Part shown: positions 28,901 to 37,477 of the stretch, piece by piece | How positions within the stretch are numbered: position 1 is the stretch's first letter | Layout: each line of letters begins with the position of its first letter | Position numbers and translations under genes: made by a program | The notes under the pieces: model-generated | The model's input: only the letters and a program-made list of their open reading frames with translations | What the model was told of the DNA's origin: nothing | The model's database searches: none | From: Callorhinchus milii | Lineage: Eukaryota | Assembly (NCBI RefSeq): GCF_018977255.1 | Contig: NW_024704746.1 | Coordinates: 18,600,001-18,664,000, forward strand | Direction: 5' to 3' | Length of the DNA: 64,000 nucleotides

Positions 28901-31900
28901 CATTCAACTAGGAAAAAAACAGGAAGAAATATAACTACAAGCAGACAGCACTTAAGAACTACTTGAGCTTATCAAACAGGTTATGCTTGGAACCCAGATC
29001 CAGTGTTACTATTACAATTCATTTGTTTCTCCACTGGAGGCCGCAAATAAGCTATGCAAGCATTAATTCCCTCCCACAGAATAATGCTGTATTGACTCTC
29101 ATTTCTCATGTTTATCTTCAGAGAATATTAGATGAAATCATGCTTAAAGACCTGTGCAATGCATAGCAATGGGCATTCGCATACTAAGTACTGCAGAAAA
29201 TATTGCATCAAAGCAGTTGTGTGCAACTAGCAAAGCTGTTCTTCTAATTTTTAATAGGTTTCCGATTTCACACACCTCCCCTTTTCTCTCCTCTCCTGAA
29301 AAAACATGCTAGGATACAATTTTTCATAGCACCAGCCCTCCAGTCAAACAATAGTGAGTACAGAATACTATCCAGCTATTGAACTGTGGGAGCAGCTAAA
29401 TTTGATCCAAAACAAACACAAACACACACCATCCAGCAGAGGTCACTGAATAATAGTTAGGGTTGGGCATATTGGGGTTTTTTTTAACCATCAAATCCAA
29501 ATAAAACTTGTATTCCTGAATAAAATACAGCAAAGATGGAACAACACAAAATACAACACTGAAAATTTATTTTCTGGCAATTGACTGACAATTAAATTTT
29601 ATGTACATTGTGCTTCATCAAATAAATTAAAGAAAGATCAACTTTTTTAAAAATACTATTTTATAATTGTTGCCTATTCTATTACCCTACGTAACTTGAT
29701 GCCTCTCAATCACTATCTGTAACTTGGCTTGAGTCCATGGCATGACGCAAATCAGATAAGATTTACCATCTGTAAAACAATCTTCACCCAGAGATCAAAT
29801 GAAAGGTTACTCTGAACTGGATATGTGAAACATTAATACCAGGTTCTCTCATTACACATTGGAACAAACTCTACATAAAAAAATCTTAGTACAGTACTGA
29901 GTACTATTATGAAAAGTAATAATACTCAAGAGTTTTTTTTCAAGTTTCATTTTTACTTTTTGAGTTTGGAAATAAGCTTCTCACACTTTTAAGTCATCGA
30001 ATAAAATTTCAATATTTCCTTTTATGTACCATGATACCAAAAACACAGCAACCAACATCATGTTATTATTCGCACAGGTTTTTTTCTGCGCAGAAAACAT
30101 TTACCTATTGCTGCCTTAGTGGAATCTCATTTGGTTGACTGGTGAACTGATGATCTATACTAATAAAACAAGTCTGTGTGTGTTTCAAGAAGCATGTCAA
30201 TAACGGATTGATGTAGAGACATGATTATACCTCATCGGAAAGGTATTGCATCTAGGAGTCACATGGGCATATTTGTTTTGGGGTATCTCCTATCGTTCAT
30301 GAATTGTAGCCTAAAATGTATTTCAGTTTTGCGTTTTTCGCTGCAGTTACACCTGGTGGTCTCTGAGTCAAAGTGGCGCTGTGGCATCGTGCGTCACAGA
30401 GCGCCTACGTATGTACGCACGCACTGCAGTTACACCTGGTTGCCACACCGGCTGACCGTGGCGCTGGGGCATCCTGTGTCACAGAGCACGCATGTAGCCA
30501 AGCGGCGGCGGGAACAAAGTAAAGAACACAGATGAAGCTAAGCTGCAGCAACGACAAAATTACATTTTTAAAGTGTCTTTCACGTCGGGAGGACGTCCCA
30601 TTATAAATGATGCATTTATATTTATCGTTGTAAAGATGCCTATATAAAGCGAAAATCAAACCTTTCAAGGATAAGTTAAAATGCTAGGCAAAAGATTGAA
30701 GGCCCATTAAAATGAAACTGAAGAACAAAGAACGGCTGCACTTCAATGCTGAAAGGACTAGAACAGCGGACCAAAATGAGTTGCCCATTCAAAGAACAGC
30801 ACAGCCAAAATAAGTCCTCCCACAGGAGTCCTCCCAGGTGTGTATAGATAAAGATGAAATGTCTGTCTGTGTGTCAATCTACATTCCATATTGGATCCTT
30901 TCGTTGCAAGTGTAGCTGCAACAGATACACAAGTACAGCAATAAAGCAGCAAAGCCCCCACCCATCTGCCCCCATTCACAAGCACTCAATGAAGTTGTGC
31001 GTTTAATAGCAGATGAATTTTAATACAAGTAAATGTATGGTAATGCTTTCTGGAACAGAAACATTCAACATCTGTGCACAATGAAACGGTACATTCCAAA
31101 GGTGGAGAAAGAAAGGGCTTTGGATAGGATTATTTATGATTCATTGAAAGTTTCCAGTCAATGCGAATGTTATCAGCAATACTAATCAAATCCTTATAAT
31201 CCTTGCATTTGCCATCGTTATATTGATTGGTTAGGATGAAGAAGAGTTGTCTATTACCACTCACCCCTTCCATTCCATTAGCTGACTCCTGGAAGGAACA
31301 ATACAGTAGTAATAACAATCTTTACATATGATATAGTGCCTATAATGTCTCGAAATGCTTCACGGATTATTGGTGTCAAGGGTACTGTCTGCATTCGTTG
31401 GTAAAGGCAGCAGCCAATTTGCAGAGTGAAGTGAATGACCAATTTATAATACATTTACTGAGACGTTTAATGTCCTTAAAATTTCCAACATCCCTTGGAA
31501 CAAAGCTCATTATAGAGTGGGAACTTAATACACTGAGGTTTGAAAAGTCAGAGAATACATCTAAAGTGAAACGCATCGACTTCTGTTGCAGTGCATAGAA
31601 TCAAATGGTTTAAGATATTGGATTTTTAACAGAAATCAATAGAAAATAGAAAGTAGAAGAATGGAAGAAAGATGACAACAACAACAAAATTACATTTGTA
31701 TAGCGCCTTTCATATCGGGAGGATGTCCCAAGGCGCTGGATAGACAGAGTTATGGACCCGAGCTGAGGGTCGGGGTGGGGGAGGGGGGGGAAGCAGGGAG
31801 ATCGAAAGCACGGTCAAAGAGGAGGGTTATGAAGTGGGTCTTGAAGGTGGTGAGGGAGGGGGCAAAACGGAGGGACTGCGGGATGGAGTTCCAGAGGGTG

Positions 31901-34900
31901 GGTGCAGAGTGGCAGAAGGCCCGGCCGCCAATAGTGGGGCAAGCAAGCAGGGGACGTGAAGCAGGCCGGAGCCCGCTTAGCGGAGGGAGCGAACAGGTTG
32001 GTAGGGGGTTAGGAGGTTGGAGCGGTAGGGGGGAGCAAGACCATGGAGGGCTTTGAAGGTGAGATCCAGGATCTTGAACTGTATCTATCCTCTGTGTGAT
32101 GGGAAGCCAGGGGAGTCGGGCAAGGATGGGGGTGATAAGGTCGCGGAGCCTAGTGAGGGAGAGGACACGGGCTGCAGAGTTCTGGATGATCTGCAGCCTG
32201 TGGAAGGAGGAGTCGTGGAGGCCGACAAGCAATGAGTTTGAAAAATAATAGTAATAATCCTTGCATTTGGTATAGCGCTTTTCACATCTTTTAGATGTCT
32301 CAAAGTGCTTCACAGAATATGCTATAAAGTGAACTGATTGTATATTTGTGGGCAAAATGCGGCAGCCAATTGCGCTCAGCAGTGTCCCACAAAACAGTTG
32401 TGGATTGAAAATGACCAACTTATTATTGTTTTGTTTTGGAGGGATTATTACTAGGGTGTGAAGTAAGGAAACTTTCCCAAGGTTTCGTCCTGTCTGGAAT
32501 TGAACCCAGGTGTCTCGCTTGCAAGGCGAGTGCTCTAACCACTGAGCTACAGGACTCCACGTCGAGCATAGTTGAGCCTCGACGTAATGACAACAGAGAA
32601 CATGGTTCAAAAATATGTTTTGTTTAACAAAGCTAAATGTCAGGCTATACAAGTTGTATAGTAACTCCTTCCAAACAAGTTTAAACAGTTTTTCTTTGTA
32701 TTATGCCTATTCAGATTAGCTTCAAACATTGGCAAAGTTTCAACATTTTTTTCTTTGTTTATCCTATTTTATAGCAATTCATATTATGGTCTACATTTAT
32801 TTATTGAGGGAATCCAGATGTTTGGTTGTTAGGTGGTCGAAGATTAGCCAAGCAATCCATTATATACTGAATGTATTGTTAATAATTCAATAATGACATA
32901 ATGCTATTGCGCAGAGCTTGGTATATTTAGCATCATTTACGTGTGCAATTACTCTTGATTGCAATTTATTTTTGAAACTAAATCTGGAGTTAAGCCAACA
33001 GCGACTTCCATGAAACTCTATTCCGTAAAAACAACATAACTTTGGGTGAGGCCACATAGATGCAAACCAGAACCTCAGCATTTTTGACAACATTAAAATG
33101 CCTTAATTCATAAATAAATGTACTCTTCCATTAGTTTCTTCAGTAGTTTATTTGGGACTGGAAGGAAAAGAATTTCCTTGATGAATCACAGACACATTCA
33201 GTCACATTATCCTGAGATCTAGTCCCCAAACCAAATGTCTCATAATTTGAACGTAATATTTAAATGTACCTGTACCAATTCAGTTGAGTTACCTATTTTA
33301 TGGTGGTCAAATCTACCAATACTTACAGATGTCTCTTCTTGAGATATATTCAAGCAAGTTTATATATCTATTTTTAGACACGGAGACCACATTTACAAAT
33401 GTATTTCTGTGAACTAATGACACGAATATAACCCACGGGTTTCACATGAATTTGCAGCAGGTGTGAGGTATTCAAGTGCTTTTATTGTGCTATCGTTCTG
33501 AGAATGGAAGAGAGATAAGAACATGAGAGTAGGTAGAGTATATGCAGTTCTTCATTATTTGCACTTCACTTGTTCCACTACCTTATGACTAAGCTTTCAT
33601 GAGTTCAGCAGCAGCAACCTCACAGATATAGACTCATCCGGCTACTGACATTATTGGAAATATTTGTTTTAAGTTTCTGAATCTTTTGTGATGTGTCAGT
33701 TAAACTAGCATTATATGGCTTCATTTACTGAATCGAACATGTATATACGTGTATATACACACTGTATTTGATCATATTATAAGGTTTGGAGCCTGAGTGT
33801 GGGTTTTTACAATAAATACAATCTTTGCTTTATGGCCCCCACCTTGCCGCCCCACTATTGGCGTGCGGGCCTTCTGCCACTCTGCCCCCACCCTCGGAAC
33901 TCCATCCCACAGTCCCTCCGTCTCGGCCCCTTCCTCGCCACCTTCAAGACCCACCTCAAGACCCTCCTCTTCGACGGTGCTTTCGATCTCCCTGCTTCCC
34001 CCCGTTGCCCTCCACCCTCCCCCACCCCGACCCCCAGCTCGGGTCCGTAACTCTGTCTGTCCAGCGCCTTGGGACGGTCCTCCCGACGTGAAAGGCACTA
34101 TACAAATGTAAGTTTGTTGTTGTTGTTCATTGTGAATGCTGTGGTAAAAAAATGGATATGGGACAAGTACAATGGATTAATATAACAAAGATAATATCAG
34201 TACTGTGACAAGCCCATTGGTATCCATCATAAATCTTTTTGAAATATGATACTCAGGGGTGTGGTGAATACATTATGCATGACATCTGTGAAGTTAAAGC
34301 AGTAATTGGAGCCTTTTCATGACTGACAATGTAATTCAGTGACAGATGACAAATCTTCACATGCAAGCAAAAGCAGCACCCTTGTTAGTTATTGTTGTAT
34401 TAAACTCAGTACAAAGTCATCTCTCCTTTCCTATTTCAAATCTCAAGGAATTTACCCCTGGTGAATAGTGACACAGTGCAAAATAACCAAAACAAAACTA
34501 ACACAGTAAAAAGTTCATGGTGATTCAATTGATTAACAATTCCTCTCTGGGTGAAAATGCTGTGCTGCTAATTTTGATTTTGCACCAACCGTAACATCAA
34601 TCGGGACAACAACAACTTGGATTTATATAGTGCCCTCCACTCCGGACGGCGTCTCAGAGCGCTTCACAGTACCGGATCCCGGGGCCGAGCCAAGGAGGAG
34701 GGGGAGGAAGGTGACCAAAGGCGCAGTCAAAAAGAAAAATGACCAAAACGATCACATTCACTGAGATCAAAACTAAATATCTTCCTTTGAGTCTTGTTCA
34801 AATGTACAAAACTGAGCAGTACTTGTACTTCAAATTTAATTTTCAGTTTTTTGAAAGGCCAAAAAGCACAACCTCCTTAGTCTATATATATTTGTTAATC

Positions 34901-36827
34901 ATTTGCAGACGCAAATACTGAGGTTGCAGTACAAACTTGCAAGGTAGTCAAGTACTTAAACACTGATAACCCAGTTGCAAAAAACATCACAGGATCAAAA
35001 GAAAAGCACACCATGTTCTCTCAAGAAACTGGAATATAAAATATAGTAAAATATAAAATACCAGAGGTTAAAAAAAAGGTAAATATATTCTTTCCAACTT
35101 AATGACCATTCTGCAACTACAATCGTAAAACAATAACGCTTCCAAAGTATATAGCATATGATTAAATTTGAAAATCCGATCTTGAAAATGCAGGTGAAAT
35201 AAATCATCCATCACTATTTTTTGCAAAAACGTTGATATTTTGCTTTATTGTTATCAGAACTGCCAATAATGCCATTTAATTCAATTAATTCATCTTAAGG
35301 ATCACCTTCCAGCATAGCAAGTCAGTCACCAGAAGCATCAAAGAAGTGACCATTTCCTAAAAGCAAAAAACACCCCAGGACATGTAGTTTGGGTTTCAGG
35401 TCAACAAGGGCCCATGTAAAATTACAAATTTGCATAACATTTTGAACACTTCCTCTCAAATCGGCAAAAATTAACCCCAGCTCTATCACCACATCTCATT
35501 GACAATGGAAGTCTTAAGAACATGGACATGCATGTGCACACACACACACACGTGCATTTTAACAAAAACTATTGCTTGGGTTTAGCAGATTTTAAAAAGC
35601 TCACATGGGAAAAATTGCGCTTATTAACTTTGAACACCCACGCTTAAAAATACTAGATAGCATTTAGAACTACAGAACTATTTAACATTAGGACTCTGAA
35701 AACAAAATGCAATTCCAAATAAGTTGATCAACCTTGCTGGAATTTGTATTCACTGTTTTTTGGCAATTTCACAGCAATGCCAGCATTATAACAACTAAAG
35801 ATAGCTTAGTTGAAAATACCCTTACCGTGTGAGGTTCATAATTTCACAGTATAGCTTCAAAACAAGGCTCAAGTCCTACATAATCCAGTTCAATTGAACA
35901 AATAAATTATCTGCAATTTAAACAAATGAAACCCCTCCCCCTAACCTTCAACAGCAGACTCTACCATATTGTGTATCTATGGAGGGGCCTTTTTTGGGGT
36001 TGGAGAATTGTGGCATTTTTCCTCAAAGCTGAATGTGTTGCAGTTGATATGCAGCAACCAATACTGACAATGAATGCCAAAAAAGTTCAATATTAGTTTA
36101 CACTATAGCTTATATACCGTTTGGTGTAAATGAAATCTCAGGATTTGGCAGCTAAATGTGAATAAAATCAAAAGAGGATTTCAACTCAAGGTTTGGAGTT
36201 GGCCACAGTGCAGCCATAGCTGCCATCTGCCACACCTTTATACACAGTGTAGACAATCAATGATGTAGTATATTTGAACAGAAAATGTTTAACAGCTGAC
36301 CCAATAAAGATTCCTAGGCACTTTCCAGAAGGCATTAGTGGAGAGTGAGCAAGAACCCTGCTGATTTTCCCCCCACTTTAGTCCAGGGATGGCACAGCTT
36401 ATTTCAATATCCCAAATATTCCCCAGCTGAGACAACTGACTTAGAATGGGACAATCAAGCATGCAACCTTCTGGTCCATATGGTTTTCTTCTATACCAGG
36501 ATGGTACGTTTATCTATACATATCTTACTTGTATGGACAAAACAAATATTATTATTTGTCTGGAAGAGAACGTTAGTCATAGACTTACCTGTTCTGTTCT
36601 TCTAACTTGGCAAGTAACTCCAGGTCATCTGGACTGAGCTGGGTTGGTGATACTGGTGAGAGTGCTGGTGTTGAGAGTGTTGTAGATGAGGATGTAGTAT
36701 GTAGGGATGAAGATGTTGCAGATGGGCTTGCCACCTGACTAGCCATTTGACTGACAGTGTGAGACACTGTGTTCTTCACCCATGAGAGAGTGGAACTCAA
36801 TTTCTCTGTAACCTTGTCTGTCGCCAC
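1810..36827 (-). CDS. EVI5: EVI5, TBC-domain Rab GTPase-activating protein with C-terminal coiled coil (multi-exon span; terminal exon lies left of the window)
   Basis: 18 exons with GT-AG boundaries and consistent phases splice into one frame. The protein matches vertebrate EVI5 (VATDKV..LSSTLSWVKNTVSHTVSQMASQVASP, LAKLEEQNRLLETDSK). TBC catalytic motifs IRRDIARTYP (Arg finger) and GYCQG (Gln finger) are present. It sits head-to-head with RPL5, as in other vertebrates. Confidence 0.97.
6280..6660 (-). mobile_element. L2-clade LINE 3' fragment
   Basis: ORF2 C-terminal remnant (RTLRSSGSGLL..PTIGGRAFGLSAPRLWNS), tail CAGCGCCTTGGGACGTCCTCCC..(TTG)n. Confidence 0.9.
9967..10029. repeat. Perfect 30-bp inverted repeat with 3-nt loop
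   Basis: TAACTGTGGAATAGCTAGAGACATCATTTA-atc-TAAATGATGTCTCTAGCTATTCCACAGTTA. Confidence 0.97.
10070..10165 (-). CDS. EVI5: EVI5 exon 18 (96 nt): NKEDVMAVRLREADSIAAVAELQQHVAELEIQ
   Basis: cag/gtactt boundaries; read manually. Confidence 0.95.
10365..10880. mobile_element. Old, degenerate L2 fragments (plus ~10365-10715, minus ~10760-10880)
   Basis: ALIQACVFS..LSIIQNS..PISQRINCNIFILTFK resembles L2 ORF2 C-terminus. Confidence 0.6.
12294..12440 (-). CDS. EVI5: EVI5 exon 17 (147 nt): NQINSNHLRRAEEESRALHEKVQYL...KFAELEYK
   Basis: cag/gtacag boundaries, in frame. Confidence 0.95.
13113..13271 (-). CDS. EVI5: EVI5 exon 16 (159 nt): RHLARTTSRWKDSPRKNPVNELQEELMSVRFREAETQ...MMELETQ
   Basis: cag acceptor, gtatcc donor, in frame. 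Confidence 0.95.
13312..13663 (-). mobile_element. tRNA-headed SINE, long variant with an extra ~70-nt central segment
   Basis: tRNA-like head (A/B boxes), GGGCAAGTTTCCTTACTCCAC block, GCTGTGCGCAATTGG block, L2-like tail ending in (TTA/TTG)n; homologous to five other copies here. Confidence 0.9.
13730..13935 (+). mobile_element. CR1-clade LINE 3' end
   Basis: GATGGGCCAAATGGCCTCCTTCTGTACTGTATAATTCTATGATT, a CR1-type terminal stem and ATTCTATG repeat; other CR1 ends at ~21248-21290(-), ~40750-40840(-), ~55300-55460(-). Confidence 0.85.
15037..15053 (-). promoter_or_regulatory. Candidate CTCF site
   Basis: Minus strand TGTCAGTAGATGGCAGT is close to the CTCF core CCASYAGRKGGCRS; motif only. Confidence 0.35.
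15615..15898 (+). mobile_element. Diverged Deu-domain SINE 3' part
   Basis: GATGAGACATTAAA..TTCAGGTGGAC..GCTGTTTGTGGGATATTGCTGTGTGCAAA..AAGCGCTTTGAG..GCTATATCAAATG tail. Confidence 0.7.
15992..16132 (-). CDS. EVI5: EVI5 exon 15 (141 nt): KNSFFPDENNVARLQEELIGVKLREAEALTSLKELRQQVKDLEEHWQ
   Basis: cag/gtaagg boundaries; read manually. Confidence 0.95.
16445..16579 (-). CDS. EVI5: EVI5 exon 14 (135 nt): PKCNPRYSEDFVLQLEKELVHARLREAESQCALKEMQDKLLDIEK
   Basis: tag/gtactg boundaries; read manually. Confidence 0.94.
19386..19720 (-). mobile_element. L2-clade LINE 3' fragment, diverged
   Basis: Family tail GTCGGGAGGACGTCCCAAGGCGCTG and G-rich body homologous to the 6280 and 31675 copies. Confidence 0.85.
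20251..20391 (-). CDS. EVI5: EVI5 exon 13 (141 nt): GQVTRAQEAEENYLIKRELATIKQQSDEASAKLAKAQNAFRELQEQR
   Basis: aag acceptor, gtaagg donor, phase 0-0, coiled-coil sequence. Confidence 0.92.
21086..21118 (-). CDS. EVI5: EVI5 exon 12, 33-nt micro-exon: ESASLADRLIQ
   Basis: tag acceptor after a pyrimidine tract, gtacag donor, phase 0-0; peptide known from long EVI5/EVI5L-type isoforms. Confidence 0.9.
23217..23270 (-). CDS. EVI5: EVI5 exon 11 (54 nt): RLRTENRLLKQRIETLEK
   Basis: tag/gtaagg boundaries; matches the recalled human peptide. Confidence 0.95.
23947..24007 (-). CDS. EVI5: EVI5 exon 10 (61 nt): (K)LEKEYTTLKNKEMEEQVEIK
   Basis: tag/gtaagt boundaries, restores phase 0. Confidence 0.95.
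24175..24310 (+). mobile_element. Deu-domain SINE fragment
   Basis: GGAGGTGCCACGCTTCAGATAAGACATTAAACTGAGG..AAAGATTCTATGGCACTA. Confidence 0.65.
24655..24752 (-). CDS. EVI5: EVI5 exon 9 (98 nt): HFQKVIPHRFDSGPDKLIQAAYQIKYNAKKMK
   Basis: cag/gtatgt boundaries, ends in phase 2. Confidence 0.95.
24871..24960 (-). CDS. EVI5: EVI5 exon 8 (90 nt): GLEIVFRVGIAILQANQAELMQLDMEGMLH
   Basis: tag/gtaaga boundaries, in frame; read manually. Confidence 0.95.
25146..25289 (-). CDS. EVI5: EVI5 exon 7 (144 nt): EQLPELQVHFQSQSFHTSMYASSWFLT...FDIFMSE
   Basis: cag/gtaagt boundaries, in frame. Confidence 0.96.
25732..25857 (-). CDS. EVI5: EVI5 exon 6 (126 nt): MPEEEAFCVFVKLMQDYRLRELFKPSMAELGLCMYQFEWMIQ
   Basis: aag acceptor, gtaaga donor, in frame. 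Confidence 0.96.
26634..26708 (-). CDS. EVI5: EVI5 exon 5 (75 nt): AYSLVDREVGYCQGSAFIVGLLLMQ
   Basis: tag/gtaaat boundaries; TBC YxQ motif; not in the ORF track, read manually. Confidence 0.96.
27300..27524 (-). CDS. EVI5: EVI5 exon 4 (225 nt): ELVRKGIPHHFR...IRRDIARTYP...VLFNVMK
   Basis: cag/gtgaca boundaries; TBC Arg-finger motif. Confidence 0.97.
27547..27860 (-). mobile_element. tRNA-headed SINE, short variant, full length
   Basis: Same head/body/tail as the copies at 32245, 48009, 50353 and 56037. Confidence 0.92.
28027..28096 (+). pseudogene. tRNA-Gly-derived pseudogene, antisense in EVI5 intron 3
   Basis: TGGTTCAGcaGTAGAATTCTCGCCT-CCACaCaGGAGGCgCGGGTTtGATTCCtGGCCAATGCA aligns to vertebrate tRNA-Gly. 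It has a 1-nt anticodon-loop deletion, CpG-decay substitutions and a broken 5' acceptor stem. Confidence 0.85.
28344..28533 (-). CDS. EVI5: EVI5 exon 3 (190 nt): LLETDSKSLKSVNGSRRNSGSS...KKKEKQLR
   Basis: cag acceptor, gtaaga donor; completes the phase-2 codon AG+A. Confidence 0.96.
30341..30500 (+). repeat. Diverged 83-bp tandem duplication, GC/CpG-rich
   Basis: CTGCAGTTACACCTGGT at 30341 and 30424, each followed by GTGGCGCTG.GGCATC.TG.GTCACAGAGC. Confidence 0.85.
31675..32236 (-). mobile_element. L2-clade LINE 3' fragment (longest here)
   Basis: RLQIIQNSAARVL..ITPILARLPWLPITQRI..IGGRAFCHSAPTLWNSIPQSLR..FKTHFITLLFDRAF with frameshifts; family tail. Confidence 0.92.
32245..32560 (-). mobile_element. 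tRNA-headed SINE, full length, abutting an L2 fragment
   Basis: Head GGAGTCCTGTAGCTCAGTGGTTAGAGCACTCGCCTTGCAAGCGAG on the minus strand; family body and tail. Confidence 0.92.
33836..34127 (+). mobile_element. L2-clade LINE 3' fragment
   Basis: NSIPQSLRLGPFLATFKTHLKTLLFDGAF; tail ..CCCGACGTGAAAGGCACTATACAAATGTAAG(TTG)n. Confidence 0.92.
34606..34735 (-). mobile_element. 3' end of a second L2-like family (another short copy at ~54765-54822)
   Basis: Shared ATTTATATAG(T/C)GCCCTCCAC..CCGGACGGCGTCTCAGAGC next to (CAA)n in both copies. Confidence 0.75.
36589..36827 (-). CDS. EVI5: EVI5 exon 2 (239 nt): VATDKVTEK...MASQVASP...LAKLEEQNR; first in-frame ATG at 36746
   Basis: cag acceptor 36828-36830, gtaagt donor 36583-36588, ends in phase 2. 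Confidence 0.95.
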
Positions 36828-37042
36828 CTGATGAGACAAACATTTAATGACATTATCATCATTCAAAATACCTTTAGCTCAATTAACAACAGATTTAAGT
36901 ACCTTATAGCTGGTTTCCTTTGAATCTGCAAAGTCACCTAGAACTGCGCTGGTACATATTTTGGCTAATATTGATCTCATAGCTTGATGATACTGTCTAG
37001 ATCATCAAGACAGAAGACTCTAGACTTTCACATGAAGGAAAA

Positions 37043-37477
37043 AAACTCACATAAGTTGGATCAGTCAGGACCATAACATTTAATGACTTACGTGAAGTGA
37101 GAGTTATAGGTAAACTTGCATAAATCATATAAAATCCGATGTAATCAATAATCTACACTGCGCACGCATACTTCAGTGCAGCCAGTAAGTGCACGTGTTG
37201 ACGGGTCAGAACATTTCCCGCAATTCAATGCAGGCAGTAAGTACGCTAACGGCGTTACAAGTTAGGAGATGATTTCTTTAACGAAATGTGACTAGTGCAA
37301 AGAATTAAGTATTTTTGGTAGGAAACTGAATGGGACTCGAGTGCATGTACGACTTAGATTATTAGCGCTTCGGAAGCCTACCACGAGTAAAGGGCACTAT
37401 ATAAATGCAAGTAGTTGTTATTATTGCTGTTGATTATACGATTTATAAAAATAAGACTTATGCGAGTTTTACTATCG
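37043..37477. mobile_element. MITE / non-autonomous DNA-transposon-like element with imperfect terminal inverted repeats; partial copy at 2615-2730
   Basis: AAACT(C/T)(A/G)CATAAGT motifs at 37043 and 37111 are inverted relative to ACTTATGCGAGTTTTACTAT at ~37457-37476; the same double motif occurs at 2615-2730. Confidence 0.55.

Noticed and set aside
30341-30500. Repeat-spacer pattern as a CRISPR-like array
   Set aside because: Only two units, in a vertebrate intron, with no cas genes; kept only as a tandem duplication
31750-32652. 300-aa minus-strand ORF, the longest in the track
   Set aside because: Chance read-through of a SINE into a frameshifted L2 ORF2 remnant; not a gene
1810-36827. 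Identity as EVI5L rather than EVI5
   Set aside because: N-terminal VATDKV..MASQVASP, LLETDSK and EWEDVRKKKEKQ residues, plus RPL5 synteny, fit EVI5
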